Positions 49,537 through 58,102 of a stretch of 64,000 bases of DNA are shown here, piece by piece. Position 1 is the stretch's first letter. Every line of letters begins with the position of its first letter. Below the pieces are notes generated by a model that was given only the letters and a program-made list of their open reading frames with translations, did not search any database and was not told the DNA's origin. Made by a program: the position numbers and the translations under genes. Source of the DNA: a virus; the IMG/VR virus record IMGVR_UViG_3300032308_002010, positions 129,816-193,815 of that record; one strand, given 5' to 3'.

Positions 49537-49706
49537 ACCGCGCATTGAATCCCTTCATTTACGTTCTTCTGGCGCCCACCGTAGGACCGTCTTGTTGAGC
49601 GTCGCCAGCTCGTGGTTATGACCCACTCACGGTTTGGGTACCGGACCGTCGATGATTGCGACGGCTTTGCGATGGAAACAGGACGCCGGCCCGCCCTATC
49701 GTGTAT

Positions 49707-49985
49707 TTACTCTTCTCCTGCTGCCACGTCGTTGAAGCTGACAAACTCGCCGCCGTCGTCGTTAAACAACAAACCCGGCTCTCCGCCGTCTCTTGCTGCT
49801 TCCGCTGCGCGACAAGCGTACTTTTTCAACAGTTTGTAGATTGCTGCGCCACGTTTGTCGCCAAACTTGATACACAGCAACGCCTCTACCGTCAAATACT
49901 CTTCATAGCCTTCTTCGACGTTATCCTCTTCGTACGGATTCTCGTCGTCGATAAACCCGCCAAAGTCAAAGTTTTCGTTGTACAT
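49707..49985 (-). CDS. Acidic hypothetical protein
   Basis: 92-aa ORF. Confidence 0.6.
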   Translation of the reverse strand: MYNENFDFGGFIDDENPYEEDNVEEGYEEYLTVEALLCIKFGDKRGAAIYKLLKKYACRAAEAARDGGEPGLLFNDDGGEFVSFNDVAAGEE

Positions 49986-49994
49986 GGTGTTGCC

Positions 49995-51155
49995 TTAATA
50001 AATTACAGTCAATGAAACAGCGCAATCGGTGAGCGGGAAAAGATACACACCGTGCACGGAAAATTGTCGCGGTCGTTCTAACCGCATCACTACACGTCCG
50101 TCATATAAAAGCGTGGCCACAATGTATGGCCCGGTTGCCGAAACAGACGCGTCAAGCGTTACAACGTATTCCGTTTCGGGCACAATGAACTGCACAGACG
50201 CGCCGCGTGGTCCTGTAGCGCCGGTAACGCTAATCCTACTACCCTCTTTTGCGTCGTCAATAACGCGCTCAAGTGACGCCACCATATCTCGTGTGGCGAT
50301 TGCGTGATGACAGCGTTGCGTAAAAGTGCCTAGATACCCCTGACGCTCAATCTGCTTACGTTGCAGATCCGCAATTACCGCGGCAATCTCTAAATGCCGA
50401 GCAGCTACGCTCACATAGGCAAGCAGCGCCGGGCAAATAGATGCGTAATCTTCTGCGGTATTTGTACCAGTCACAGCTGATGAAGACCGGGGAGTTACGC
50501 GTATAAACTCGCCGGTCTCTAAAAAGATGTGATGCGTATTTGTACCGTTGTCGAATGAGATGCCGCGATATGCTGGCCCGAGTTCGCCGCTGGGTAGCTT
50601 GTCGCGAAAGCTGACAAGACTAGCTGACAGCGCAGACGCCATCGTGTCCGTGAATTGCGCCGGAGAGAATACACGTGCCAGCATGCGCTCGTTGTAAATC
50701 TCAGGAGCAGTCGGGTTCACAGTCGGCGGATTTTTTGGTGACTCCGCGACCTCTGCGATCACAGCGTCAAAGATATCTTGAGCCGAAACATCTACATCAG
50801 CCATTCCGTTTTCGATCAGGTCAGAAAACAAAACGAGCGCGGCAGTCACAATAGCCGGCGCCGTCTCTTTAGTCGCGCCATACTGCACGGCGACAGAAAG
50901 GCCGCGATTGAGCGCCGCCTGCGTAATTGAAAACGGTACCGCACCCCAGTTGATGTTGCCAGAGACTTGCGCTAGCTGCCAAAGCGCTTTAAAGAACGCC
51001 GGATCTTTTTTTGGTGTACAAGACTGTCGAAAAAGTTCGAGCGTGCAGGCCAGTAGCCGCAGCTGCCCGAGATCATCTGCCGTACGAAATTTACCTAGAA
51101 ACTCACGAATATGAACCGATGGTTTTTGTGATTTGTCCACTGAATACTCCGTCAC
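49995..51155 (-). CDS. Hypothetical protein (386 aa)
   Basis: Long ORF; no family recognised. Confidence 0.7.
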   Translation of the reverse strand: MTEYSVDKSQKPSVHIREFLGKFRTADDLGQLRLLACTLELFRQSCTPKKDPAFFKALWQLAQVSGNINWGAVPFSITQAALNRGLSVAVQYGATKETAPAIVTAALVLFSDLIENGMADVDVSAQDIFDAVIAEVAESPKNPPTVNPTAPEIYNERMLARVFSPAQFTDTMASALSASLVSFRDKLPSGELGPAYRGISFDNGTNTHHIFLETGEFIRVTPRSSSAVTGTNTAEDYASICPALLAYVSVAARHLEIAAVIADLQRKQIERQGYLGTFTQRCHHAIATRDMVASLERVIDDAKEGSRISVTGATGPRGASVQFIVPETEYVVTLDASVSATGPYIVATLLYDGRVVMRLERPRQFSVHGVYLFPLTDCAVSLTVIY

Positions 51156-52314
51156 ATGCGTTTAAAAGTGTCATCACGTTTGATTTAAAAGTGCCTGAAA
51201 TGTTGTGTGCTGTGCCGTTGTGGCTGTTCACATATGGCGCAAAAGAAGGTTGAACGTGACTATCAATAAGGACAGCGTGAAAATTAGAGGCGCGCTCGCT
51301 GTCGGAAAGCGCGCACCGAGCCTGAATAAACAACTGTAGGCCACGCATAGCGTCGCCTATAAACAACACTACGCCTGTCTGTGTCTGACATAACCGACGA
51401 ACCTGCTCGGCAAACACGAGCAAGTCTACGTACGTTGCAGCGCCAAAGGCCGCGCCAATCTCTGCTCCCGGGCCGTCCGGGTAAATATGCCCGGCCATTT
51501 CACCCAGCTCGACGTGCACTGTTGCTGGAACGCCGAGAACGTACGCCGAGTGAAGCAGGCTCCGCTCTGTTGTCGCACGTGGCGAGTATGCCCAGCGACC
51601 AGCCGCCTCGCCGTAACCAAGCCCCTGATTAGCTGCTAGTCGCGCAACATAATTCAAGTCGTGTGTCAGGCCGCGCTCCGTCGTTTGAATGTCCGCTACG
51701 AGCCCTGCGCCAGTCGTGGCGACAGAGGTGACGTACTGCTTGCGCAGCAACTCAACAGACGCGATACCGGCACCCGATTGAATAGCCGGCGCTGAAATAA
51801 ATAGCATTACCGGCTGGCTGTTGCTACGCGCGGTGTGAATAACGCTTGCGGCGTCAACATGAGAAGACGTAATAAAACACGGGTCATCTCCAGCCGCTGG
51901 TGGCATTGCGTCACACGGCGGTGTCGCCGCTCGAAGGGTGTCAAAGATTGGAAACGAGCTGTTCAGGCGCTGCGGCAGCGAAAGCGCGCCCGGGTGTGTG
52001 ACTTCCGCAGTACGCAACATCGGTCCGCTGCCCCACACCAGCCAGTCTGCGTTGACATGCGTGTGACTGAGGATCTGCGCCAAGAGCGGCGCCGACACTG
52101 CGTACTGCCGTTTAAAAATTTTCCCGAGATGCGTTGAGTCAAGCTCAATGGCGCGAGCGAACGCCGGCACATTGTTATCAAAAAGCGTCGCGCACAGGTA
52201 CTCCAACCTCTGCAGCCATGGCTGGTCCGCGTGCGCGATCTTGCGCCTGTGCTCTTCGCGCTTCTGCTGCTGCAGCTCGCTGCGGTGACTGCGCTTTGGT
52301 CTTGGCATCATCAC
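51103..52314 (-). CDS. XRE/CI-type HTH fused to a deoxyhypusine-synthase-like domain
   Basis: NVPAFARAIELDSTHLGKI...VNADWLVWGSGPM (HTH); PVMLFISA, ATTGAG..AD, GLGYGEAAGR, SLLHSAY.LGVPATVH, D...F...V..L...GVVLFIG (DHS-like). Confidence 0.7.
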   Translation of the reverse strand: MMMPRPKRSHRSELQQQKREEHRRKIAHADQPWLQRLEYLCATLFDNNVPAFARAIELDSTHLGKIFKRQYAVSAPLLAQILSHTHVNADWLVWGSGPMLRTAEVTHPGALSLPQRLNSSFPIFDTLRAATPPCDAMPPAAGDDPCFITSSHVDAASVIHTARSNSQPVMLFISAPAIQSGAGIASVELLRKQYVTSVATTGAGLVADIQTTERGLTHDLNYVARLAANQGLGYGEAAGRWAYSPRATTERSLLHSAYVLGVPATVHVELGEMAGHIYPDGPGAEIGAAFGAATYVDLLVFAEQVRRLCQTQTGVVLFIGDAMRGLQLFIQARCALSDSERASNFHAVLIDSHVQPSFAPYVNSHNGTAHNISGTFKSNVMTLLNACDGVFSGQITKTIGSYS

Positions 52315-53299
52315 CCTTCCGTTTCTGCTCTTCTATGAGTCTGCGCCCAGACTTACGCATGATACCTGTGCCCGCCATTAAACGCATGCCGTGTACCGCG
52401 CGCAGATAGGCAGCAACCAGTTCATCGTAGCCGTCCAGCAATTGCATTGGATACTGATTGAACTCGCCAAACAAATAGAAAAACTCGGTGTCCGGCTGCT
52501 CATAACAATCCGAAACTTTGAGCGACTTGATGTACGTCACACGGCTTCCGCGCACACGCACACACGGCAGCTTTGTTTTGGGCGCGTGCAAGAAAAACTG
52601 CCGAGCCTCTATTAGCCAGCCGCTATCTTGCGGAACTACAACTAACCGCCATAACGAGCCCATCGTTTTGCGGCCTAGTTGTTTAATTTGCTTGTGGTAC
52701 GCGTCTCGTTCTCGTTGCAGCTCGCCCCGCAGTAAACGCTCGTACTGCTTCACAACGTCAAGCCCGCAACCGACTCGCGGATCCCAATCAGGCGCCGCAA
52801 CAAACCGCGCGGCCACACGGCACGTCACAATAAGTTTGGTGTCTTTGTTATGCCGACCAAGTGCCCGTAACTTGTTCTTGACGCTGCGATACTGCGCCGA
52901 GCTGATACGGGCATAGCAAAACGGACACACGTGCGAACGATTGCACGGGCGAAATACGGCGTCTTTTTTCCAGCGAAAATACATATACGTCGGCCGGCAA
53001 AACAAACAGCGCTGAAACGATAGCCGAAACTTTTTGAAATCAAAATCAGCAGCATCCGGGTGCGTGAGCTTGCCAATTGGCAGCCAGAGCGCCCGGATAG
53101 CCAGCTCTTTGAGTTTGAGCGCCCAGCGTTGCCGAACTGTATTTGTCCGGCTAATGACGGCGTCGTGCGTCTTGGCGCCAGTCAGGCCGAGTACAAAATG
53201 CTGCGCGAACATATGCGCCGTACGTACGCTGACGCGATTGACGCGCCACGTTTTTAATCTATAGCGACGAACAAATGCCGCAAAGTCTATAAGCGCCAT
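52178..53299 (-). CDS. Rep_1/IS91-like rolling-circle initiator homologue lacking the HUH motif
   Basis: C...PCNRSHVCPFC Zn motif, LIVTC (motif 1-like), GSLWRLVV...SGWLIEAR in place of GWHxHxH, QYP, GMRLMAGTG. Confidence 0.5.
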   Translation of the reverse strand: MALIDFAAFVRRYRLKTWRVNRVSVRTAHMFAQHFVLGLTGAKTHDAVISRTNTVRQRWALKLKELAIRALWLPIGKLTHPDAADFDFKKFRLSFQRCLFCRPTYMYFRWKKDAVFRPCNRSHVCPFCYARISSAQYRSVKNKLRALGRHNKDTKLIVTCRVAARFVAAPDWDPRVGCGLDVVKQYERLLRGELQRERDAYHKQIKQLGRKTMGSLWRLVVVPQDSGWLIEARQFFLHAPKTKLPCVRVRGSRVTYIKSLKVSDCYEQPDTEFFYLFGEFNQYPMQLLDGYDELVAAYLRAVHGMRLMAGTGIMRKSGRRLIEEQKRKGDDAKTKAQSPQRAAAAEARRAQAQDRARGPAMAAEVGVPVRDAF

Positions 53300-53502
53300 T
53301 ACAGCGTGTCTTTCACCGGCGGTTTGTCCATATCAAGCAATACGTTACGCACGTTGATGTGCTGCGCAATTTCATGGCGCTGCGTGCGAACCTCGCGGCG
53401 CAGAGATTCAATATGCGCAACAGCTTCGAGCGCGAGTTGCGCACCTTCAGAACGCGGCTGTTGCGCGGCCCACAGCGTTAAACGATTTACAATGTCACTC
53501 AT
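53299..53502 (-). CDS. Hypothetical protein
   Basis: 67 aa; TAATG coupling. Confidence 0.6.
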   Translation of the reverse strand: MSDIVNRLTLWAAQQPRSEGAQLALEAVAHIESLRREVRTQRHEIAQHINVRNVLLDMDKPPVKDTL

Positions 53503-53578
53503 CTGTCGTAGCGAAGGAAAAAGTAAATAAACGCAATCGCAATTAGTGTGCCGCAGATTTCAGAAACAATACTGATTG

Positions 53579-53887
53579 TCACGCGGTCTCCTTCACAAAG
53601 ATACCTTCAGGCGTCAACGTACCTTTGCGGTCTTTAATCTCGTCATAGGCGCTAGCCAGACAGTCTGTAATATTTGCACCGTACAACTTGCAGTACAGGA
53701 TCAGCGTGACCAGTACGTCACCGACACCGTCTTTCACGCCGGGCATGTCACCCTTGAGCGTTGCGTCAGCTAGCTCTCCCAGCTCCGACATCGTCTTCAT
53801 CAGCTGCGCCGTTGGGTTGCTGTTGGGGATGATCTTCCGGTCCATCGCCCATTGCGTCACCTTCTCTTCCAGCTCGTGAAACGTCAT
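53579..53887 (-). CDS. mazG: MazG-like nucleotide pyrophosphohydrolase
   Basis: KTMSELGELA...DGVGDVLVTL...CLASAYDEIKDRKG. Confidence 0.9.
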   Translation of the reverse strand: MTFHELEEKVTQWAMDRKIIPNSNPTAQLMKTMSELGELADATLKGDMPGVKDGVGDVLVTLILYCKLYGANITDCLASAYDEIKDRKGTLTPEGIFVKETA

Positions 53888-54119
53888 TACTTCGTCCTTG
53901 TTGTTTGAGATAATCCATCTGCGCTAACAATAGCTGATCGTGCAGCGAGATGAGTTCTAGTCCATACTCCTGCAGTTTGTGCTTCAGCCGTTCATACTCC
54001 GGCCGAAGAAGATTAAGCAAAGCAAGAACAGTCCGCATTTCCTGCGGAGTCAGCTCGCCCATCGCCAGCCGAATCGATTGCCTGTTGCCGGCCCAAATAG
54101 CTTCAAGGTCATTTGGCAC
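53766..54119 (-). CDS. Hypothetical protein
   Basis: Coiled-coil-like ORF overlapping the mazG start. Confidence 0.5.
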   Translation of the reverse strand: MPNDLEAIWAGNRQSIRLAMGELTPQEMRTVLALLNLLRPEYERLKHKLQEYGLELISLHDQLLLAQMDYLKQQGRSNDVSRAGREGDAMGDGPEDHPQQQPNGAADEDDVGAGRAS

Positions 54120-54378
54120 GAAAATACTCTAACGCTGTTTGAAGATCCGGCTGCTCAATACCCGGAGGCGCAATGTAAGACCGCCCTACGCGACGGACAA
54201 CAGAGTCGATCAACTGCGCACGGCGTTTGATCTGCTCAATCTCTGCTTGATTAATTGCTATCTGCTCACGCAGACTCTTCAACTCGGCCCGCCTCTTCTG
54301 TTGCGCTGACAGCCTGCGGGCTTTTTTCTTGGACTTCTTCGCCACTGATTTGCTCCTGCATCTTGGCAATTCGAGCAC
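54109..54378 (-). CDS. Basic hypothetical protein
   Basis: K/R-rich ORF filling the gap. Confidence 0.45.
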   Translation of the reverse strand: MLELPRCRSKSVAKKSKKKARRLSAQQKRRAELKSLREQIAINQAEIEQIKRRAQLIDSVVRRVGRSYIAPPGIEQPDLQTALEYFRAK

Positions 54379-54781
54379 GCACTAGATCGATGGCGTGCTC
54401 GACACTCTCTACTTCAATAAACGGTAGCTTGGCCTGCAGGTGCTCCCACTTGGTCGGCCCTACGCCAGCTACGTTAATCTCACCGGCGGCTTGGTCGCTA
54501 AACTCGGCCAAGAGCGCGACGGCTGTGGCCGACTCGCGCGACGGAAACACAATGATTTTGTTATCAACGTCTGAGAAAAACTTTACGCCCGTGTTATCGC
54601 AAATCACATAGCGCACTGCCAACTCGCCCGTGTCGATATAGTTCATGGCCTTTGCAGGCGCGGCATAACTTACACGGTGCTGCGGCGCGTCCGGGCTGTG
54701 GCAAGTTTTAAACTTTTTACCGCTGCCGCAGGGACACCGGTCATTGCGTTTGATAACGCTATCTTTGCGAATTGTGCTCAC
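54266..54781 (-). CDS. SEC-C motif protein
   Basis: RNDRCPCGSGKKFKTCH at the N-terminus. Confidence 0.85.
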   Translation of the reverse strand: MSTIRKDSVIKRNDRCPCGSGKKFKTCHSPDAPQHRVSYAAPAKAMNYIDTGELAVRYVICDNTGVKFFSDVDNKIIVFPSRESATAVALLAEFSDQAAGEINVAGVGPTKWEHLQAKLPFIEVESVEHAIDLVRARIAKMQEQISGEEVQEKSPQAVSATEEAGRVEESA

Positions 54782-55067
54782 AAAAAACCTCCGTGTCTCC
54801 GTTAAGCTGGATTAAACGCCGGCCAGCTGTCCCGGGTTGAGCAATTGTCTCTTTTTCTTTTGCTTGTGCAATACGTAGCCAGTTCAACCGGAACTCTTCA
54901 ATCGTGACCCCTTCCCGCGGCAGCATCAGGTCGAGCGTCAAGCGAGTCGAGTGTTCGGCCCACCCTTGGCGCATCTCAATACCAATAACCTGCGCATTGA
55001 ACAACAGGGCTATACCTTCCTGCAGCTGCTCTAGCGGGTCGGGGTTCGATTCAAACGGCGCCCTCAT
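54759..55067 (-). CDS. Hypothetical protein
   Basis: ATGA overlap. Confidence 0.6.
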   Translation of the reverse strand: MRAPFESNPDPLEQLQEGIALLFNAQVIGIEMRQGWAEHSTRLTLDLMLPREGVTIEEFRLNWLRIAQAKEKETIAQPGTAGRRLIQLNGDTEVFCEHNSQR

Positions 55068-55300
55068 GGTTCGACCGTCACCTGCGCCGTTGTCATGAGC
55101 AGGCCAGCGCGCATAGTCGAAAGACCGTGGATGGTGATACGGTCGCCAACCACGATCGTGTCGCTGTACTGGACGCTGAGTCTGTCAGGCGCATTCGGAT
55201 CCGGGTAGATCGTCTTGGGTACTCCTTCCGCAATCACTGTCGGCGGGCTTGGAACTTTGGATGTCTCGCGCGGGATCGTCACTACGCCGGGAGTTGTCAT
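55064..55300 (-). CDS. Hypothetical protein
   Basis: 78-aa ORF. Confidence 0.55.
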   Translation of the reverse strand: MTTPGVVTIPRETSKVPSPPTVIAEGVPKTIYPDPNAPDRLSVQYSDTIVVGDRITIHGLSTMRAGLLMTTAQVTVEP

Positions 55301-55303
55301 GGT

Positions 55304-55495
55304 TTAGACCTCGGTTGAAAAAGACATGGAAACACAGCTTGCCGGGAGGGCCCTGCAGGCTGACGTTGCTAGGAAACGGGCTATCGTCGTTACGTTCTTT
55401 CGAAAACTGATGAACCGTGTGGAATGTGTTGGAGTCGTTGGACATGCTCTTTGCTCTTTGCTCTTTGGCGGTTGGATTATGTTGTCATAATCCAA
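55304..55495 (-). CDS. Possible Zn-ribbon (Ogr/Delta-like) small protein
   Basis: CP..P.H...C...C..SFSTE pattern. Confidence 0.4.
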   Translation of the reverse strand: MDYDNIIQPPKSKEQRACPTTPTHSTRFISFRKNVTTIARFLATSACRALPASCVSMSFSTEV

Positions 55496-55740
55496 GATTT
55501 GCCGCGTGTAGGGGGGTAAATTGAGTCAAAAATTGACCGTAACCTATTGGTGCTATTGAGTTTATAGCAACGCGTTTAAGCATTTTTTGTCCGCATTGTG
55601 TGGACCTAGAGTAAGTCCTTCGGACTTACAAGGCCGGCATTTTTTCAGAAACGCCGGTAATTTTGGATGTCTACTGCATGATCGGGGGGTTGTTCAATTC
55701 ACGTTGGGCAAAATAGATAATTTGCCTCAACGTTGGATAG

Positions 55741-55797
55741 CAAAAAAAGAGATTGCGTAGGGGCGGGGAAATCCCGCCCCTACGCGTAGAATCTCTT
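55741..55797 (-). terminator. Rho-independent terminator
   Basis: 13-bp perfect stem GCGTAGGGGCGGG/CCCGCCCCTACGC, extendable by AAGAGATT/AATCTCTT, followed by a T-run on the minus strand. Confidence 0.8.
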
Positions 55798-55806
55798 CAA
55801 CTCGGC

Positions 55807-56928
55807 TCAGCGCTTTTTCTTGCGCTTCAGAATGCTGTTGCGGTCATTCTGGCGGCCGGTGCGGCGGACATTGTCTTCCGTCAGGTAGACGTCCAGATCT
55901 ACACCCACAACGGTGGTGATGCTGATCGGCGGGAAGTAGCTGCTCTTGCCGTTTTCATCCCGGGCGTTGTAGTTGCCCTGCATGTAAACCTCAATTGCAG
56001 CAAGGATTTTTACCACGCAGCCGAAGTGCTCGGCGCGCGCCTGACCTACACGCTCGTGCAGCAGCCACTCGGTGTAGCCAATCGGATCCCGTTTGCGGCC
56101 CTTCTGCATGCCGCAGTTGCCGTCCTGCATCTTTTCAAAGAAAGACAGCGTATTTCTGGCGCCGTACTTCTTGGCTGCCAGCAGATAAGCCGTCAGCAGC
56201 GGAGACCGGAACAGCATGGTCGTGCCGCGCTTGGCGCCCGGGTTCAACCCGTCAAGCGCCGTCAGCTCTTCCTTGAACGCCGCAACGTAATCAATCGCAG
56301 TCGCGCGACTGACCGGCGCAAACGTAGCCAGCAGCTCCTGCATCTCGCGAAGCGGGCTCTGCCGGTAGCACGCCAGCATGATCTCGTACGCGTACGACAG
56401 CGGCGTGGGCAGGCCCAGCGACTTCTGCAGCAGCGGCGAGTTCATCGGCACGCCATGATACAGCAGCGCGCCGTGGATCAGGTCCGCGGACGTGTTGACC
56501 GCATCGCGGCTGTCATAGAACAGGCAGAGCTTGCCCGCTTCTTCAGCGTTGCGCACGGGCACAACCGTAACGCACACGCGTTCGGGGATTACATCGGACA
56601 GGCCCTGCCACCAGACCTCGCCGCGGGTGTGAGCCGTGAGCTTCCACCTGTTTCCGCGCGGATCCTCCGCCATGAACACATCTTCGTGCAGATTCGGCAC
56701 GAACTTGTGGAGGTGCTTCGCCTTCGGGGCGCGCACGACCTGATCACGCGGCTGCCGCGGGTTAGCTGGCACAGCATGCCACTGCGCTACGGACATGTAG
56801 CGCACTTCCTTCTTTTTGGTTTCAACCTTGGGCGGCTTACGCACCGCCTCAATCTTGATCTTGCGCGCAGCTCGTCGCTGCCGCTCTTCGTCGCCGGGGT
56901 TATCAGCAGCAATCGTCTTGTCTGACAT
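55807..56928 (-). CDS. Hypothetical protein, possible ParB/DGQHR-like N-domain
   Basis: PANPRQPR...LTAHTR..W, D.....T..D; visibly GC-richer than its neighbours. Confidence 0.65.
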   Translation of the reverse strand: MSDKTIAADNPGDEERQRRAARKIKIEAVRKPPKVETKKKEVRYMSVAQWHAVPANPRQPRDQVVRAPKAKHLHKFVPNLHEDVFMAEDPRGNRWKLTAHTRGEVWWQGLSDVIPERVCVTVVPVRNAEEAGKLCLFYDSRDAVNTSADLIHGALLYHGVPMNSPLLQKSLGLPTPLSYAYEIMLACYRQSPLREMQELLATFAPVSRATAIDYVAAFKEELTALDGLNPGAKRGTTMLFRSPLLTAYLLAAKKYGARNTLSFFEKMQDGNCGMQKGRKRDPIGYTEWLLHERVGQARAEHFGCVVKILAAIEVYMQGNYNARDENGKSSYFPPISITTVVGVDLDVYLTEDNVRRTGRQNDRNSILKRKKKR

Positions 56929-56945
56929 TTTGCTCTTTCTTTTGG

Positions 56946-57281
56946 TTAAGTTGCAGCTACTTCCGGTTCGCTGTTTTTGACTTCTGCCGGCACTTCAGCT
57001 TCCGGCAGCAATTCATACATCCACATTTCCATATCGAGGATCAGGGGATTCTGCACATCTGGGCCGCCGTAGATCAGGCAGCGCATGTGCGGGTCTGCCG
57101 CCTTGCCGGCGATGTGCTCGTGGACCATAGCCCACGTAATGATATAAAAACGCTCGCCGGGCAGTTTGTCGACAATGCTCTGCGGCAGGCTGCGGTTGTA
57201 GTGCAGCACGTCGCGAGAGATAAAGTTAATTTTGTCGAGCAGTTCTTTATCGATGTACTTGTATTTAATTGGCGCGGACAC
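56946..57281 (-). CDS. Hypothetical protein
   Basis: 111-aa ORF. Confidence 0.6.
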   Translation of the reverse strand: MSAPIKYKYIDKELLDKINFISRDVLHYNRSLPQSIVDKLPGERFYIITWAMVHEHIAGKAADPHMRCLIYGGPDVQNPLILDMEMWMYELLPEAEVPAEVKNSEPEVAAT

Positions 57282-57289
57282 TGGGTCTC

Positions 57290-57562
57290 CTAGCGTTGCC
57301 GCGCCTGTTGCGCGTTGTGAAATTTCATAATCGCGTCAGCGGCTTGTGCCGCCTCTCGCTCAGAGTAGCCTTCGAGCTTGACGCGCTCTTTAGCGTAGCG
57401 ATATTCGCGCGATGTGGATTCTGCAGCGGGCTCAAACGACTGTGTTGTTGGCGCGTTTGTTCTTGCGCAAGCCGCCGTAATTGCAATTATTACGCCCAGT
57501 ATTGCAGCAATAAAAACAACCTGAAAAAATCCAAACGAATTATTGTTGTTGTCTGTGTTCAT
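57290..57562 (-). CDS. Small membrane-anchored or lipoprotein-like protein
   Basis: Hydrophobic segment FFQVVFIAAILGVIIAITAAC. Confidence 0.65.
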   Translation of the reverse strand: MNTDNNNNSFGFFQVVFIAAILGVIIAITAACARTNAPTTQSFEPAAESTSREYRYAKERVKLEGYSEREAAQAADAIMKFHNAQQARQR

Positions 57563-57861
57563 TTGTTCTTTCTAATCATTTCGGTAATGGCGTCTTTGAT
57601 TGCGTGCACCGCGTTTGTTAATTCTTGCATGCGCTCGTCGTCGTCAAATACGCCGTCACCTTTTGGGTTAGATTCGTAAACTGTTTCTCCGCCGCAGTCT
57701 GGCACGTCAGCCCGAAAATACCCGTGGCGCAAACGAAGATAGCCAACTTGCTCGTCGTCGCTATTGAACACGTCATATTGCTCTGGGCAGGCGGCGCATG
57801 TACGTTGCAGAAAATATCCGCTGATTTCGTAGTCGTAGTTGTCACGAAGTTGGTGGGACAT
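57559..57861 (-). CDS. Conserved phage hypothetical protein
   Basis: TC.ACPEQYDV....QVGYLRLRHG.F. Confidence 0.7.
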   Translation of the reverse strand: MSHQLRDNYDYEISGYFLQRTCAACPEQYDVFNSDDEQVGYLRLRHGYFRADVPDCGGETVYESNPKGDGVFDDDERMQELTNAVHAIKDAITEMIRKNK

Positions 57862-58099
57862 TGTCTAGCTCTTTGATATTTGGAAAGTGTTCGTAAAACT
57901 GCGCTTGCGTCCAGAATAGCTCCGGCGCAAGTTCGGCGGCTCGTTCCATTTCGCATTCCATGGGGTAATGCCTAAGAACGCGAAGCGCCCACGCCCGAAT
58001 ATTTTTGGGCACTTTCGGTGTTTTCTTGGGGTCGAGCAGCGCGTACATAAATTCGCGCGCATAGTTCACGGCGCGCAAGCGTTCGTTAGGCATTGTCAT
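57842..58099 (-). CDS. BPSL0761-family protein
   Basis: MTMPNERLRAV..AREF..L...TPKVP..IR..A..LRHYP. Confidence 0.8.
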   Translation of the reverse strand: MTMPNERLRAVNYAREFMYALLDPKKTPKVPKNIRAWALRVLRHYPMECEMERAAELAPELFWTQAQFYEHFPNIKELDNVPPTS

Positions 58100-58102
58100 A
58101 CA

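Noticed and set aside
49537-49706. TIGR-like array (CCA + 9 nt + TG units)
   Set aside because: Only one CCA-9nt-TG instance; the CCA spacings (38, 22, 43 nt) are not periodic.
55753-56925. 390-aa plus-strand ORF
   Set aside because: It is an antisense shadow of the GC-rich minus-strand gene, with no motifs and no RBS.
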